64,000 nucleotides of DNA from a virus. Location of the stretch: the IMG/VR virus record IMGVR_UViG_3300028025_000090. The stretch is one strand, 5' to 3'. The notes under the pieces are model-generated. The model searched no databases. It was not told the origin of the DNA and worked only from the letters and a program-made list of their open reading frames with translations. Both the position numbers and the translations under genes were made by a program. Below, piece by piece: positions 9,452-18,481 of the stretch (its first letter is position 1; each line of letters starts with the position of its first letter).

Positions 9452-10767
9452 TGATAGAAATTGATTTTGATTATTTTGAAAAGGTTCTTGTGAAGAACGC
9501 GATCACGAATGGTGCTTTTCTGGCATCCATTGCTGATTATGTTCAACCCAAGTATTTCACGGATAAAAATATTGCGAAATATTTTGAGATTGTTGCAGAT
9601 TTCTACGAGAAACGACAATCTCTTCCCACATTCACAGAGGTGAAGACATATCTCACGACAGATGAACTCAAAACCAACTTTAAAAAGTTAATTGAGTCAT
9701 TCAAAGAGATTGATTCCAATCACAATCAGGATGAATTGTATGAGAATACTGAAAGATTCCTCAAGGAAAGAGGTATGTATCACTCTATTTTGGAGTCCGC
9801 AGAGGCAATTTCCGAAGGAGAAGCTGATACTGCCGAGATCGTAGAGAAATTTGAGAAGATTGCTGGTATCAATCTTAATGTTGATAAAGGAATTGAGCTT
9901 TATGGTGATGTTGAAAAGGTCATTGATGACATTTTGAGTGATGAAACCACCATTTCTTCCAAATGGGCATGGTTAGATGAAGCACTAGGAGGTGGATTCC
10001 AAGAAGCTGGTAAGGCATTGTATGTGTTCGCGGGTCAATCCAACATTGGTAAGAGTATTTTCCTTGGTAACGTGGCAGCAAACATCGCATCACAGGGTAA
10101 ACATGTGCTTGTGGTGACTCTGGAGATGTCGGAAACGCTCTATGCTAAGAGAATTGCGTCCAATGTGACAAAGATTCCGATGAAAGAGTTCCGAAATTGT
10201 GTTCCAACGCTTCGACATGCCCTTGAACAAGAGCATAAAAACACTGATGGTAGGATTTATATCAAAGAATTCCCCCCATCTACGATTACCCCTAAGCAAT
10301 TGGGAGCTTTCATCAAGAAAATGAAGGATTCTGGTATCAGAATCGATGCTGTGGTGCTTGATTACATCACTTTAATGACTGCTGCTGGTAGTAACAGCTA
10401 TGAAAAGGGTAAAAACATCTGTGAACAAGTCAGAGCATTGTCATATGTCTATAAATGCCCTATCATCTCAGCTTGTCAGTTGAATAGATCTGCTGTTGGA
10501 CAAAATAACCCTGATATGTCAGGTGTTGCCGAGTCTTTGGCGATTGTTATGACTGCTGATGTGATCGCATCTATCTTCCAGAACGAAGAAGACCAAGAAA
10601 TGGCAGTAATTCGTCTGGGAATGATGAAAAATAGGTTCGGACCGAGAGGAATGACACAAGCTATGAGAATTGATTACCCAACACTCACTGTGCATCAATC
10701 GGAAGATGATGAAGAAGAGTTGATGAATGATAATGAATTGAGTCTTTTGGAGAAGTTGAGCGATTAA
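9451..10767 (+). CDS. gp41: Replicative DnaB-like helicase (T4 gp41-like)
   Basis: AGQSNIGKS Walker A, TLEMSE, IKEFPP, VLDYI, ACQLNR, MKNRFG. Confidence 0.95.
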   Translation: MIEIDFDYFEKVLVKNAITNGAFLASIADYVQPKYFTDKNIAKYFEIVADFYEKRQSLPTFTEVKTYLTTDELKTNFKKLIESFKEIDSNHNQDELYENTERFLKERGMYHSILESAEAISEGEADTAEIVEKFEKIAGINLNVDKGIELYGDVEKVIDDILSDETTISSKWAWLDEALGGGFQEAGKALYVFAGQSNIGKSIFLGNVAANIASQGKHVLVVTLEMSETLYAKRIASNVTKIPMKEFRNCVPTLRHALEQEHKNTDGRIYIKEFPPSTITPKQLGAFIKKMKDSGIRIDAVVLDYITLMTAAGSNSYEKGKNICEQVRALSYVYKCPIISACQLNRSAVGQNNPDMSGVAESLAIVMTADVIASIFQNEEDQEMAVIRLGMMKNRFGPRGMTQAMRIDYPTLTVHQSEDDEEELMNDNELSLLEKLSD

Positions 10768-11663
10768 TGAATACCCTTGACAAATTTATAAAAAATTGTA
10801 GGTATGACATGTCAAAGTGTTTCGCTTGGGTTAATAGTGATTTGGATGGTATTGGTTCTACAGTCCTTCTAGGTAATTTATTTAAGAATTTTGAGTATCG
10901 CCACTGCTTCTTCGGTAAGTTTGAGGAGCAATACCTACCTTGGGCTAAAGAAAATGCAGAAGATTATGATAAAATCTTCGTAGTCGGCATGGTTTTAGAT
11001 CAAAATCTCATCAAAAAGATTGATGATCATCGTGTGGTGTTCGTTTCAGACCGTCCCGAAGACTTTAAAACATGGGATTCCACCATGATTCAGGAAGAAT
11101 GTTCATCTTGCACCAAGATGTTGTATAAAAAATTCAAAGAAAAGGTGGAATTTACGAAAGATTTGAAAAAATTCTTCCTATACGTCGATGATTACAATTC
11201 ATATGATCTGAAACACGAAGAAACCAAGTATCTCAATGCTCTTTATCGTAAATCTGGTGGAAATCGCTTTATTAATTTTGTAAATCGCTTCTGGAACGGG
11301 TTTGACGGGTTCACTACCACAGAAGTTAAGCTTGCTGAAGGTTTTTTCAAGGAATTAGAAAAAGAATTGGAGCAAATTCAACTATTCACAGGAGAATGGG
11401 AAGGATTTAAGGTCATTTCCACGATTTCTAAGTTCTCCGTGAATGAATTGAGCCATTCCATTATGGAAAATTATAAAGGAGACGCTGTAATTGTAATGAA
11501 CCCTGATACAAAATTCGTTTCTTTTAGAAAATGTAAAGGATCGGAGGTTGACATTGCTAAAATGGCTGCTAATCTGTGTGACGGTGGTGGCGGCGAATGG
11601 GCATCAGGAGGTAAAATCACCAAGGAATTTTTGAAATTCAGCGAAACACTTACAGAATTATGA
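10767..11663 (+). CDS. DHH/DHHA1-fold protein with degenerate catalytic motifs
   Basis: NSDLDG (motif I), SDRP in place of DHH, SCTKMLY, DDYNSYD, C-terminal GGGGEWASG (GGGH..AAG-like). Confidence 0.7.
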   Translation: MNTLDKFIKNCRYDMSKCFAWVNSDLDGIGSTVLLGNLFKNFEYRHCFFGKFEEQYLPWAKENAEDYDKIFVVGMVLDQNLIKKIDDHRVVFVSDRPEDFKTWDSTMIQEECSSCTKMLYKKFKEKVEFTKDLKKFFLYVDDYNSYDLKHEETKYLNALYRKSGGNRFINFVNRFWNGFDGFTTTEVKLAEGFFKELEKELEQIQLFTGEWEGFKVISTISKFSVNELSHSIMENYKGDAVIVMNPDTKFVSFRKCKGSEVDIAKMAANLCDGGGGEWASGGKITKEFLKFSETLTEL

Positions 11664-12205
11664 AAAGAAGAACATTTTTAGGAGCATTGGGAGCTTTGTT
11701 TCTCCCCACAGTAGCAGTAGCGAAAACAATTGTAGAAAATAAAATCACGCCCCCAACAGAGGAAGAAGATTTTTATCAATTCTTTTTAAATTTTAACGGA
11801 TTTCCAATCAATGAAATGCAAAAAGGTATGTTCCGTTTTTATAAAAACGGATACACTTCAAATGCTTATGGGCGACAACTTGGCGTATCCACATTCATGT
11901 TGACATTAGCAGCATGGGAAGCATTTAAAGGTAAAACAGTTGTCCATTTTTCATCAAATCAATATTTACGTGATAAAATTAGAAGAAAATATTATGAAAA
12001 TATTGACAAACATTTTGAAAAATATTGTGATGGTAAATTTCCAGGTATTAATTTTGATAGTATCGAATCGCAAAATAGGGGATATATGATGAAAAAATAT
12101 GATGTGGCATTATTAGATCAATCTAGCCCATATTATCACGAAGCATGGTCTGCCATTGCTCCGTCAGTTAAAAAAACATTATTATTAAAAACATATGAGT
12201 TTTGA
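11660..12205 (+). CDS. Tat-signal-like peptide plus degenerate terminase-like ATPase domain
   Basis: MKRRTFLGALGALFLPTVAVA; GRQLGVST; DVALLDQ; EAWSAIAPSV. Confidence 0.55.
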   Translation: MKRRTFLGALGALFLPTVAVAKTIVENKITPPTEEEDFYQFFLNFNGFPINEMQKGMFRFYKNGYTSNAYGRQLGVSTFMLTLAAWEAFKGKTVVHFSSNQYLRDKIRRKYYENIDKHFEKYCDGKFPGINFDSIESQNRGYMMKKYDVALLDQSSPYYHEAWSAIAPSVKKTLLLKTYEF

Positions 12206-12479
12206 TCCATCATCAGAAATTGTGGAAGAGGAAACAAATCACCTCTTCCTATGCTATTGTTCCTTTATAAATCATCTTAAAGGAAAAAAATTATCTATTC
12301 AAAATGTTTTCGTGACTACTCTCCAAGAAGAGAAACTGAAAACAATACTGAAAACGATATTGTCGCTTGATTCCGATCAGGAATTGGTTAGAGTATTTTT
12401 AGACTATGATCCTACTATTTCACGTAGTAAGTTCATCACGAAATACATCAACTCGGAGCAGAAAAAAAGAAAGAAATGA
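12195..12479 (+). CDS. Hypothetical protein
   Basis: 94 aa, overlaps both neighbours in an operon. Confidence 0.6.
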   Translation: MSFDPSSEIVEEETNHLFLCYCSFINHLKGKKLSIQNVFVTTLQEEKLKTILKTILSLDSDQELVRVFLDYDPTISRSKFITKYINSEQKKRKK

Positions 12480-13105
12480 CTGACTTTCAAAAAAGAATAT
12501 ACAATTCCCATCTCGCCATCTCCCGTAAAATGAGAGATAAACCATTTCGGATTAGAAAAGATTTCTCCGACATGGATCAAACCAAGTTAGATCGACTTGC
12601 TTCTTTAGAAAGGTTCTTCAATAGCTATCAGAATATTAAAATTGATGACTACTTCTCTGCCCCTTACGTTATTTTTGAGGATGATGACTATTTTGATTTG
12701 GATTTTTACTTGACTTCCAAAGCAAAGAAGGCATACTCTCAATACATGAAGAAAATTGAGATGGATGATCCTGATTCGGAAAGTTCCCTCAATCGAATGG
12801 TGGATAGTCTCAAATTTGTCAAAAATTTCTGTAGAGAAAAAAACTTGACTTTGAAAGAATATCCATTATATATTGAAGGAGCTTTACCGACCATGATTGA
12901 CCATCTGAAGAACCATCATATAAATATGTATGCGCTTCATGCTTTAGGTGTTTCAAAAATCGAGGTAGAGAATCGTATTCTGGATTTTATTTTTTCAGAT
13001 TTTTGGATCACGTTTCAAAAGACGAAGAACAAATTTTATCTGTCGAAAAAAATGAAGGAATTTTCAAAACAAGCAATTGACAAAATACAAAAACAACTAC
13101 AATAA
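12476..13105 (+). CDS. Possible helicase loader (gp59-like)
   Basis: 209 aa, basic and aromatic, immediately upstream of gp32 as gp59 is in T4; sequence similarity is weak. Confidence 0.4.
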   Translation: MTDFQKRIYNSHLAISRKMRDKPFRIRKDFSDMDQTKLDRLASLERFFNSYQNIKIDDYFSAPYVIFEDDDYFDLDFYLTSKAKKAYSQYMKKIEMDDPDSESSLNRMVDSLKFVKNFCREKNLTLKEYPLYIEGALPTMIDHLKNHHINMYALHALGVSKIEVENRILDFIFSDFWITFQKTKNKFYLSKKMKEFSKQAIDKIQKQLQ

Positions 13106-13116
13106 CTAAACAACAA

Positions 13117-14028
13117 ATGAGTACAAAAACAAAAAGCAAATTCGGTGCTGCGATGTTCGATTCGATCAAAGCAGCCTTAAACAAGGGTAATGATTCGTCT
13201 GGTGGACAATTCTCAAATATTATGAGTTTTCCTGCTGGTAATACATACACTCTGCGTCTGATCCCTAATGTGGAGAATCCTGAAAAGAGTCTCTTCCATC
13301 ATTGGGTGAATGGCTGGAATAGCAAAGCGACAGGTTCTTATATGAGCTTCATTGGTCTTCAAACTTTTGGTGATCGTGATCCGATTTCTGAACTTCGCTG
13401 GAAACTTTGGAAAAGCTGGAAAGAAGCTAATCCCAAAGCTGAGAACAAAGAATACAAAGCAGAAATTGCTCAAAAAGAGCAGTGGCTTGTAAATGTTTAC
13501 GTGATCAATGATCCTGCTAAACCAGAAAATAATGGCACTGTGAAGATTCTTCGTATGGGTCCACAACTCAAGAAAATTATCGACGATGCCACTGAAGGTG
13601 AGCGTTCCGATGAACTTGGTTGGGATATTTTCGACCCGACTAAAGGACACGATTTCAAGATCGTTGCTGAGAAGAAAGGCGAATACACCACATTTGAATC
13701 TTCGTTTATCACTACCAAGTCCAAGACTGTTTTGGATGAGGAAGAGATTGATAAGATTTGCGAGTCTCTTCATGATCTGGAAGCGGTTTATCCCGTGAAG
13801 ACTTATGACGAGCTTCAAGAATTTCTCAACGAACACTTCTTCGTTGGTGAAGAGAAAGAAGAGCGCAAGCCTCTAAAACAAGCCAAAAAAGAAGTAGTAG
13901 TTGATGATGATGACGACGACATTCCTTTCGTTCATGAAAAACCGAAAGTGACATCGACTCCCAAAAAGCAAGTAGTCGAAGATGACAATGATGAAATTGA
14001 TGATCTTCTTGCTGGATTAGATGACTAA
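13117..14028 (+). CDS. gp32: Single-stranded DNA-binding protein (T4 gp32-like)
   Basis: LRLIPN, FHHWVNGW, TFGDRDPI, NVYVINDPAKPENNGTVKILRMG, FDPTKGHDFKI, acidic tail DDLLAGLDD. Confidence 0.93.
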   Translation: MSTKTKSKFGAAMFDSIKAALNKGNDSSGGQFSNIMSFPAGNTYTLRLIPNVENPEKSLFHHWVNGWNSKATGSYMSFIGLQTFGDRDPISELRWKLWKSWKEANPKAENKEYKAEIAQKEQWLVNVYVINDPAKPENNGTVKILRMGPQLKKIIDDATEGERSDELGWDIFDPTKGHDFKIVAEKKGEYTTFESSFITTKSKTVLDEEEIDKICESLHDLEAVYPVKTYDELQEFLNEHFFVGEEKEERKPLKQAKKEVVVDDDDDDIPFVHEKPKVTSTPKKQVVEDDNDEIDDLLAGLDD

Positions 14029-14036
14029 CCCCACTA

Positions 14037-14072
14037 ACCCTCTCCATCAATCGGTGGGGAGGGTTTCCCCTT
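14037..14072 (+). terminator. Putative intrinsic terminator after gp32
   Basis: ACCCTCTCCATC-AATC-GGTGGGGAGGGT, a 12-bp stem with 2 G-U pairs, then a pyrimidine tract. Confidence 0.6.
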
Positions 14073-14081
14073 TAATAAATT

Positions 14082-14528
14082 ATGAACAACATTCCCGAAG
14101 AAATTGAAGCAATGGCATTCCTGATTGGACAATCCAATCAGATTGATCAAATGATGGTTGACCGACCATCGACACTTATCACATCAGCGCAGACTTTGAA
14201 AAAAGGTTTGAATGATTACATTCAAACGCAAAGACAACAAGCTCCTCAACCTGTTCAATATCAACAACCCCCTCAACCTCCAGTCGTTAATTTACCACCC
14301 CAACAATTACCTCAAGTTCCCCAGTATGCACCAATGCCACAAAAAGTGGATGACGGGCAATTGGAATTGAATTTGGAGCCGACTAAAGTTGAGGAAATTA
14401 TTATTTTGTTGAAAGAAATCTCTAATAAGTTGACAAAGCAGAATAGTCTGCTAGAAAAGACGTATGCAAATCAATCTAAACAGAAAACCGTTTCAGAACC
14501 TGTTGTTAAGCTTGTCGCAAATAAGTGA
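14082..14528 (+). CDS. Hypothetical protein with Q/P-rich linker
   Basis: 148 aa; QQAPQPVQYQQPPQPP. Confidence 0.6.
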   Translation: MNNIPEEIEAMAFLIGQSNQIDQMMVDRPSTLITSAQTLKKGLNDYIQTQRQQAPQPVQYQQPPQPPVVNLPPQQLPQVPQYAPMPQKVDDGQLELNLEPTKVEEIIILLKEISNKLTKQNSLLEKTYANQSKQKTVSEPVVKLVANK

Positions 14529-15171
14529 CACATGTGTTCTGGAGATGAAAGATGATGGCATACATGGTATTTCCTCTAGCGAGGATAACTCCATGTATGC
14601 TCATGCATATCTAAGAGGTGATTTTGAAGAAAAGAATCTAAATCTACCTTCTCTGAAAAAGCTTTCCAAAGCATTAGACATGGTATCATCTGATACCGTG
14701 AAGCTAAAGTTGAATGGAAACCATTTGGAGTATAAAGATAAGCAAATCAAATTCAAATACCATCTTCATGAAGAAGGTGTTATCACTAGACCGAAATTAT
14801 CTCTGGAAAAGATTCGTAATTTTGAATATAACATCGAATTTGAGTTGGACTTCGATTTCCTTTCCAATATTCTCCAAAAATCTTCCATCACAAACACCAA
14901 AAAATTATATATTTTCACAGAAGATGGTAATTTGGTGTGGAAAGTAGGAGACGAGACTGTTCCAAACAGCGATACTCTGAGTATTGTAGGGGATGAAGTT
15001 GAATTCGAACTCAATCCTTTCATTCTAAAGATTGACAATTTGAAATTATTGTCTAAAGTATCGAAGACTGGTAATGTATTCAAAATCAATTCCAAGTTGG
15101 GAGTTGGTTGTATCGTCACGAAGAGTGGTGATTTTGAAATGGAATATATTTTTAGCTCATTGAAGAATTAA
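14464..15171 (+). CDS. gp45: DNA polymerase sliding clamp (gp45/PCNA-like)
   Basis: 235 aa two-domain clamp pattern (LLSLSQISDTCVLEMKDDG...KFKYHL...YIFSSL) in the replication cluster. Confidence 0.7.
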   Translation: MQINLNRKPFQNLLLSLSQISDTCVLEMKDDGIHGISSSEDNSMYAHAYLRGDFEEKNLNLPSLKKLSKALDMVSSDTVKLKLNGNHLEYKDKQIKFKYHLHEEGVITRPKLSLEKIRNFEYNIEFELDFDFLSNILQKSSITNTKKLYIFTEDGNLVWKVGDETVPNSDTLSIVGDEVEFELNPFILKIDNLKLLSKVSKTGNVFKINSKLGVGCIVTKSGDFEMEYIFSSLKN

Positions 15172-15173
15172 TT

Positions 15174-15380
15174 ATGGACGAAGAAACGAAATTACAAATC
15201 GAGGATGCTAGAGCATCTATTCAAGCTCTTGATCATCAACAACAAGAAATTTATAAAAATATCAAAGATTTAGTGAACCCTGATATCGAAGATTATCTAT
15301 GGGATTACTGCTTCAATTGTGAAATTGGTGACAGATCGGAATTTATCACAAGAACAAAAGAAATTATTTATGGCGATTAA
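15174..15380 (+). CDS. Hypothetical protein
   Basis: 68 aa ORF in operon. Confidence 0.55.
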   Translation: MDEETKLQIEDARASIQALDHQQQEIYKNIKDLVNPDIEDYLWDYCFNCEIGDRSEFITRTKEIIYGD

Positions 15381-15624
15381 CGAAATTACAGGAAAAGTCA
15401 TTAAAACATCTCCTCAGAATTCTACATATTCTGAAGGATGGGAAAAAGTCTTCGCTAAGAAATCTGCAAACGAATGGCTCAAGACGATGCCAGATGTTCA
15501 AATGATGGACCCTGATGGTTGGAGACAGAACGATGGTGTCGATATGGATACCCCAATCAAATGGTCTGATTTCCAAAAAAGATTAAACATTTCAACAATA
15601 CTTTGTAAAATACCCAATGTATAA
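15370..15624 (+). CDS. Conserved hypothetical phage protein
   Basis: MAINEITGKVIKT...YSEGWEKVF, a T4-like small-protein motif; in-frame ATG 15370. Confidence 0.55.
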   Translation: MAINEITGKVIKTSPQNSTYSEGWEKVFAKKSANEWLKTMPDVQMMDPDGWRQNDGVDMDTPIKWSDFQKRLNISTILCKIPNV

Positions 15625-16006
15625 TTTATTCTTAGACGATGTTAGAAACCCGAAAGAAGCATTTCTTTATGAGGAGAAAAAAATGTTGTGTGAATACTCT
15701 GGTATCCCCAATGGTTGTTGGGAAATTGCCAGAAATTATGAAGACTTTGTAAAAATCCTTAAAGAAAAGGGATTACCACGAGCAGTTTCTTTCGATTGTG
15801 ATTTGTGTGAAGACCATATGGTTCATTACATGAAAGAAACAACACGGTCTGAAATTTATGAATGGGAAAATTTTAATATCAAATGCGGTATTCACTGTGC
15901 CTATTACTTTAAATCATTATTAACAGGTGACGAAGATATTAAAATCTATGTTCACACTGCAAATCACGTAGGAAGACGAATCATTAAACAAATATTATCA
16001 TGCTAA
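15617..16006 (+). CDS. Cyclic-phosphate-processing receiver domain protein (cREC)
   Basis: LFLDDVRNP, ARNYEDF, VSFDCDL, VHTANHVG match the LFLDD.R.P / SxDHDLG / VHSANPVG pattern. Confidence 0.75.
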   Translation: MYNLFLDDVRNPKEAFLYEEKKMLCEYSGIPNGCWEIARNYEDFVKILKEKGLPRAVSFDCDLCEDHMVHYMKETTRSEIYEWENFNIKCGIHCAYYFKSLLTGDEDIKIYVHTANHVGRRIIKQILSC

Positions 16007-16524
16007 ATAAAATTTTCATAGATCTCGACGAGACATTAATATCTGGATCAGCGGCATCCCGATATCTAACTGATTGTGATTTCACTATCGCATTAGAATA
16101 CGGTGGTGTTTATGACATCAAAGTCCGACCATCAGCACTCGATGTCATTAAATTGGCACGTAGCTATGTTGGATCGGAAAACGTGTATATATTGACAATT
16201 GCGACAAGAGAATACGCAACAGAAATATCAAGATTAGCTTGTTTCGACTTTCATTCTGAGAATATAATTCCCAGAGAGGAAATTCACCAAGCAACATATA
16301 AGACATTATACGGTGGTATGAATTATGGGACTAATATTAAAATATCAAATTCTGATAATGTTTTGATTGATAATCTTCCTGCCAGAGAGAATGAGCGAAA
16401 AATGATTTATATTGGTATTAAACCTGATCGTTATCTCAGTATCACGCCTTATTACGGGACGAATTTTGAGGATGACGATTTCTACTCATCGGTAGAAGAA
16501 TTTCTCTTGCAAAAATCCAAATAA
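16000..16524 (+). CDS. HAD-superfamily phosphatase (NIF/FCP1-like)
   Basis: IFIDLDETLI (DxDxT), VRPSA, ILTIATREYA, VLIDN. Confidence 0.78.
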   Translation: MLNKIFIDLDETLISGSAASRYLTDCDFTIALEYGGVYDIKVRPSALDVIKLARSYVGSENVYILTIATREYATEISRLACFDFHSENIIPREEIHQATYKTLYGGMNYGTNIKISNSDNVLIDNLPARENERKMIYIGIKPDRYLSITPYYGTNFEDDDFYSSVEEFLLQKSK

Positions 16525-16538
16525 CAGTAAATATTTCT

Positions 16539-16865
16539 ATGAAGAATAATATTACCACACAAGGTTATTTTGTTAAAAGATTGAGAGATTCTGGTTTCAT
16601 CGTGGTCAAATTGTTTGATCAATACGGTCAACACGATCCTCGTAAATGGTCTGTGATGGTAGATCCGAGTAATACATCTGTAATGATCACTTGTTATCAA
16701 AATAAAGAGTTCAAAGGTGATATTTTATTCGAGATTAATGACGGTGGAAATCGTTTTATTAAAAATTTCAACCTTAAAACACAAAGTATGGAGATTATTA
16801 TCACCACTTTGATTGAAAAGGGTGTCGGGCAGATCGAAGAAAATTCAGTCTATAAAAAAGACTAA
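16539..16865 (+). CDS. Hypothetical late protein
   Basis: 108 aa; TAAATA-N5-ATG. Confidence 0.65.
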   Translation: MKNNITTQGYFVKRLRDSGFIVVKLFDQYGQHDPRKWSVMVDPSNTSVMITCYQNKEFKGDILFEINDGGNRFIKNFNLKTQSMEIIITTLIEKGVGQIEENSVYKKD

Positions 16866-16873
16866 ATAATATT

Positions 16874-17185
16874 ATGGAAAAGGGAGAAGAACCCCCTGAT
16901 GAGGTATTTGTAGATGAAAAGGTTTTGGAAATCCTTAGAGAATCTTTGAAGCAAAAGCTCAAAAGAGATAGGAAAGGTAGCAAAAGCGTAATTAAAAATG
17001 CCTTAAAAGCTACAATGCAAGAATTTTTAACATGCGGTAAACTTATTGGATATGATTTGGATGGAAATGTTGTGGAAATCTCATTTCATTCCAATAAACT
17101 GGAAGATAACGCCATGCAGAACCTCTTTATTCAAAAATTTGGAGAGTTTATGGCTGGCAGAATGAATATATCAGGTGATTTTTAA
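16874..17185 (+). CDS. Hypothetical late protein
   Basis: 103 aa; TAAATA-N5-ATG. Confidence 0.6.
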   Translation: MEKGEEPPDEVFVDEKVLEILRESLKQKLKRDRKGSKSVIKNALKATMQEFLTCGKLIGYDLDGNVVEISFHSNKLEDNAMQNLFIQKFGEFMAGRMNISGDF

Positions 17186-17462
17186 TTTTTTAAAACCAAA
17201 AATAAAAAAAGGCGATGTCTATGCTGTTCAAGTAGGAGACTTCGTTGGTCAATTCTTTAATTTTATTAAAAAAGATGGCGATGAATACATTTTTCTTTCC
17301 ACACCAATGATGGAAATCCAACGAGTCCCGAAAGAAAAATTTGACTTTGCAAAAGAACAAGGTATCATTGAATACATTGAAAATCTTCCAAGAAATATCT
17401 TCCAAGTTATCGAAGCGGAATATCAACACCAATCAAAAAAGATTGGTGGAGATTCCAAGTGA
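17175..17462 (+). CDS. Hypothetical protein
   Basis: 95 aa, overlaps the previous stop and the primase start. Confidence 0.5.
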   Translation: MIFNFLKPKIKKGDVYAVQVGDFVGQFFNFIKKDGDEYIFLSTPMMEIQRVPKEKFDFAKEQGIIEYIENLPRNIFQVIEAEYQHQSKKIGGDSK

Positions 17463-18465
17463 TTACGTTGTATCCAAATTTTACGAATTTGGGTATAAAG
17501 TGAGTCATAATACTCATGGGAACACGTATAATTGTTGTTGCCCTATCTGTAGAGAAGGAAAAAGCTGGGGTCATAAGAAAAGATGCTTCTATATTCCAGA
17601 GAATGATAACATTTTTTGTCATAATTGTGGGTGGTCATCCAAACCTTACAAATGGATTAAAGAAGTTTCAGGAATGTCATTCAATCAAATAGTCGATGAG
17701 ATTGAAAAAGGTAATTTCGGTATGATAAATGTGATGGATTTAGAAGAAAAAGAAGAAAAACCAAAGACTACATCGTCTTTACCAGTGGATAGTATTAATT
17801 TATCTGATAAAAATCAGACAGATTACTACAAGAATAATAAGATTGTCCAAAAAGCCTTGGATTATATCAAGGAGAGACGATTGAATAAGGCTGTAAACCA
17901 TCCTGATGCATTCTATTTGTCGTTGAAAGACCGTGTGCATAATAACCGTCTAGTGATACCATTCAAAGATGAGTCAGGTAAGATAATCTATTACCAATCC
18001 AGAAGGATTTTGGATGATGAGTCTCCGAGTTACTTGTCAAAAGACGGTGGAGATAAAAGTGTCTTCGGTATCGAGCGAGTATCGTCTGACTTAGATAAGG
18101 TGTTTATCATTGAAGGACCGTTAGATGCTTGTTTCGTAAAAAACGGATTAGGTATTGGAGGTATTACTAAAGGTGAACAATTGTTTACTTTTAGTCAACA
18201 AGAACAAATGGATGGTTTAAAATTCTTTGAGAGAATTTGGGTGCTTGATAGCCAATGGATCGATAAGACTGCACGAGAAAAAACCCTAAAGCTCATAGAG
18301 ATGGGGGAGAAAGTCTTTATATGGCCTGAATACGATGGAAAAAGATTCAAAGACATAAATGCCGTATGTATGGCTTATGAAATGAACGAATACCCGACAG
18401 ATTTAATTCTGAAGAACACCCACAAAGGGTTGGCAGCAACTGTGAAGATGAAATTGATCAAATGA
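17446..18465 (+). CDS. gp61: DNA primase (T4 gp61-like)
   Basis: Zn finger CPICREG...CHNC; NNRLVIPF, YYQSR; TOPRIM IIEGPLDA, VLD, KDIN. Probable GTG start at 17446 within ORF 17341..18465. Confidence 0.93.
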   Translation: MEIPSDYVVSKFYEFGYKVSHNTHGNTYNCCCPICREGKSWGHKKRCFYIPENDNIFCHNCGWSSKPYKWIKEVSGMSFNQIVDEIEKGNFGMINVMDLEEKEEKPKTTSSLPVDSINLSDKNQTDYYKNNKIVQKALDYIKERRLNKAVNHPDAFYLSLKDRVHNNRLVIPFKDESGKIIYYQSRRILDDESPSYLSKDGGDKSVFGIERVSSDLDKVFIIEGPLDACFVKNGLGIGGITKGEQLFTFSQQEQMDGLKFFERIWVLDSQWIDKTAREKTLKLIEMGEKVFIWPEYDGKRFKDINAVCMAYEMNEYPTDLILKNTHKGLAATVKMKLIK

Positions 18466-18481
18466 TCAATAATTGATATTA

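Noticed and set aside
13077-13103. Sigma70 promoter for gp32 (TTGACA...TACAAT)
   Set aside because: Spacer is only 15 nt, so it is not reported as a feature although both boxes are near consensus
13213-13836. 207-aa minus-strand ORF
   Set aside because: Antisense shadow of gp32
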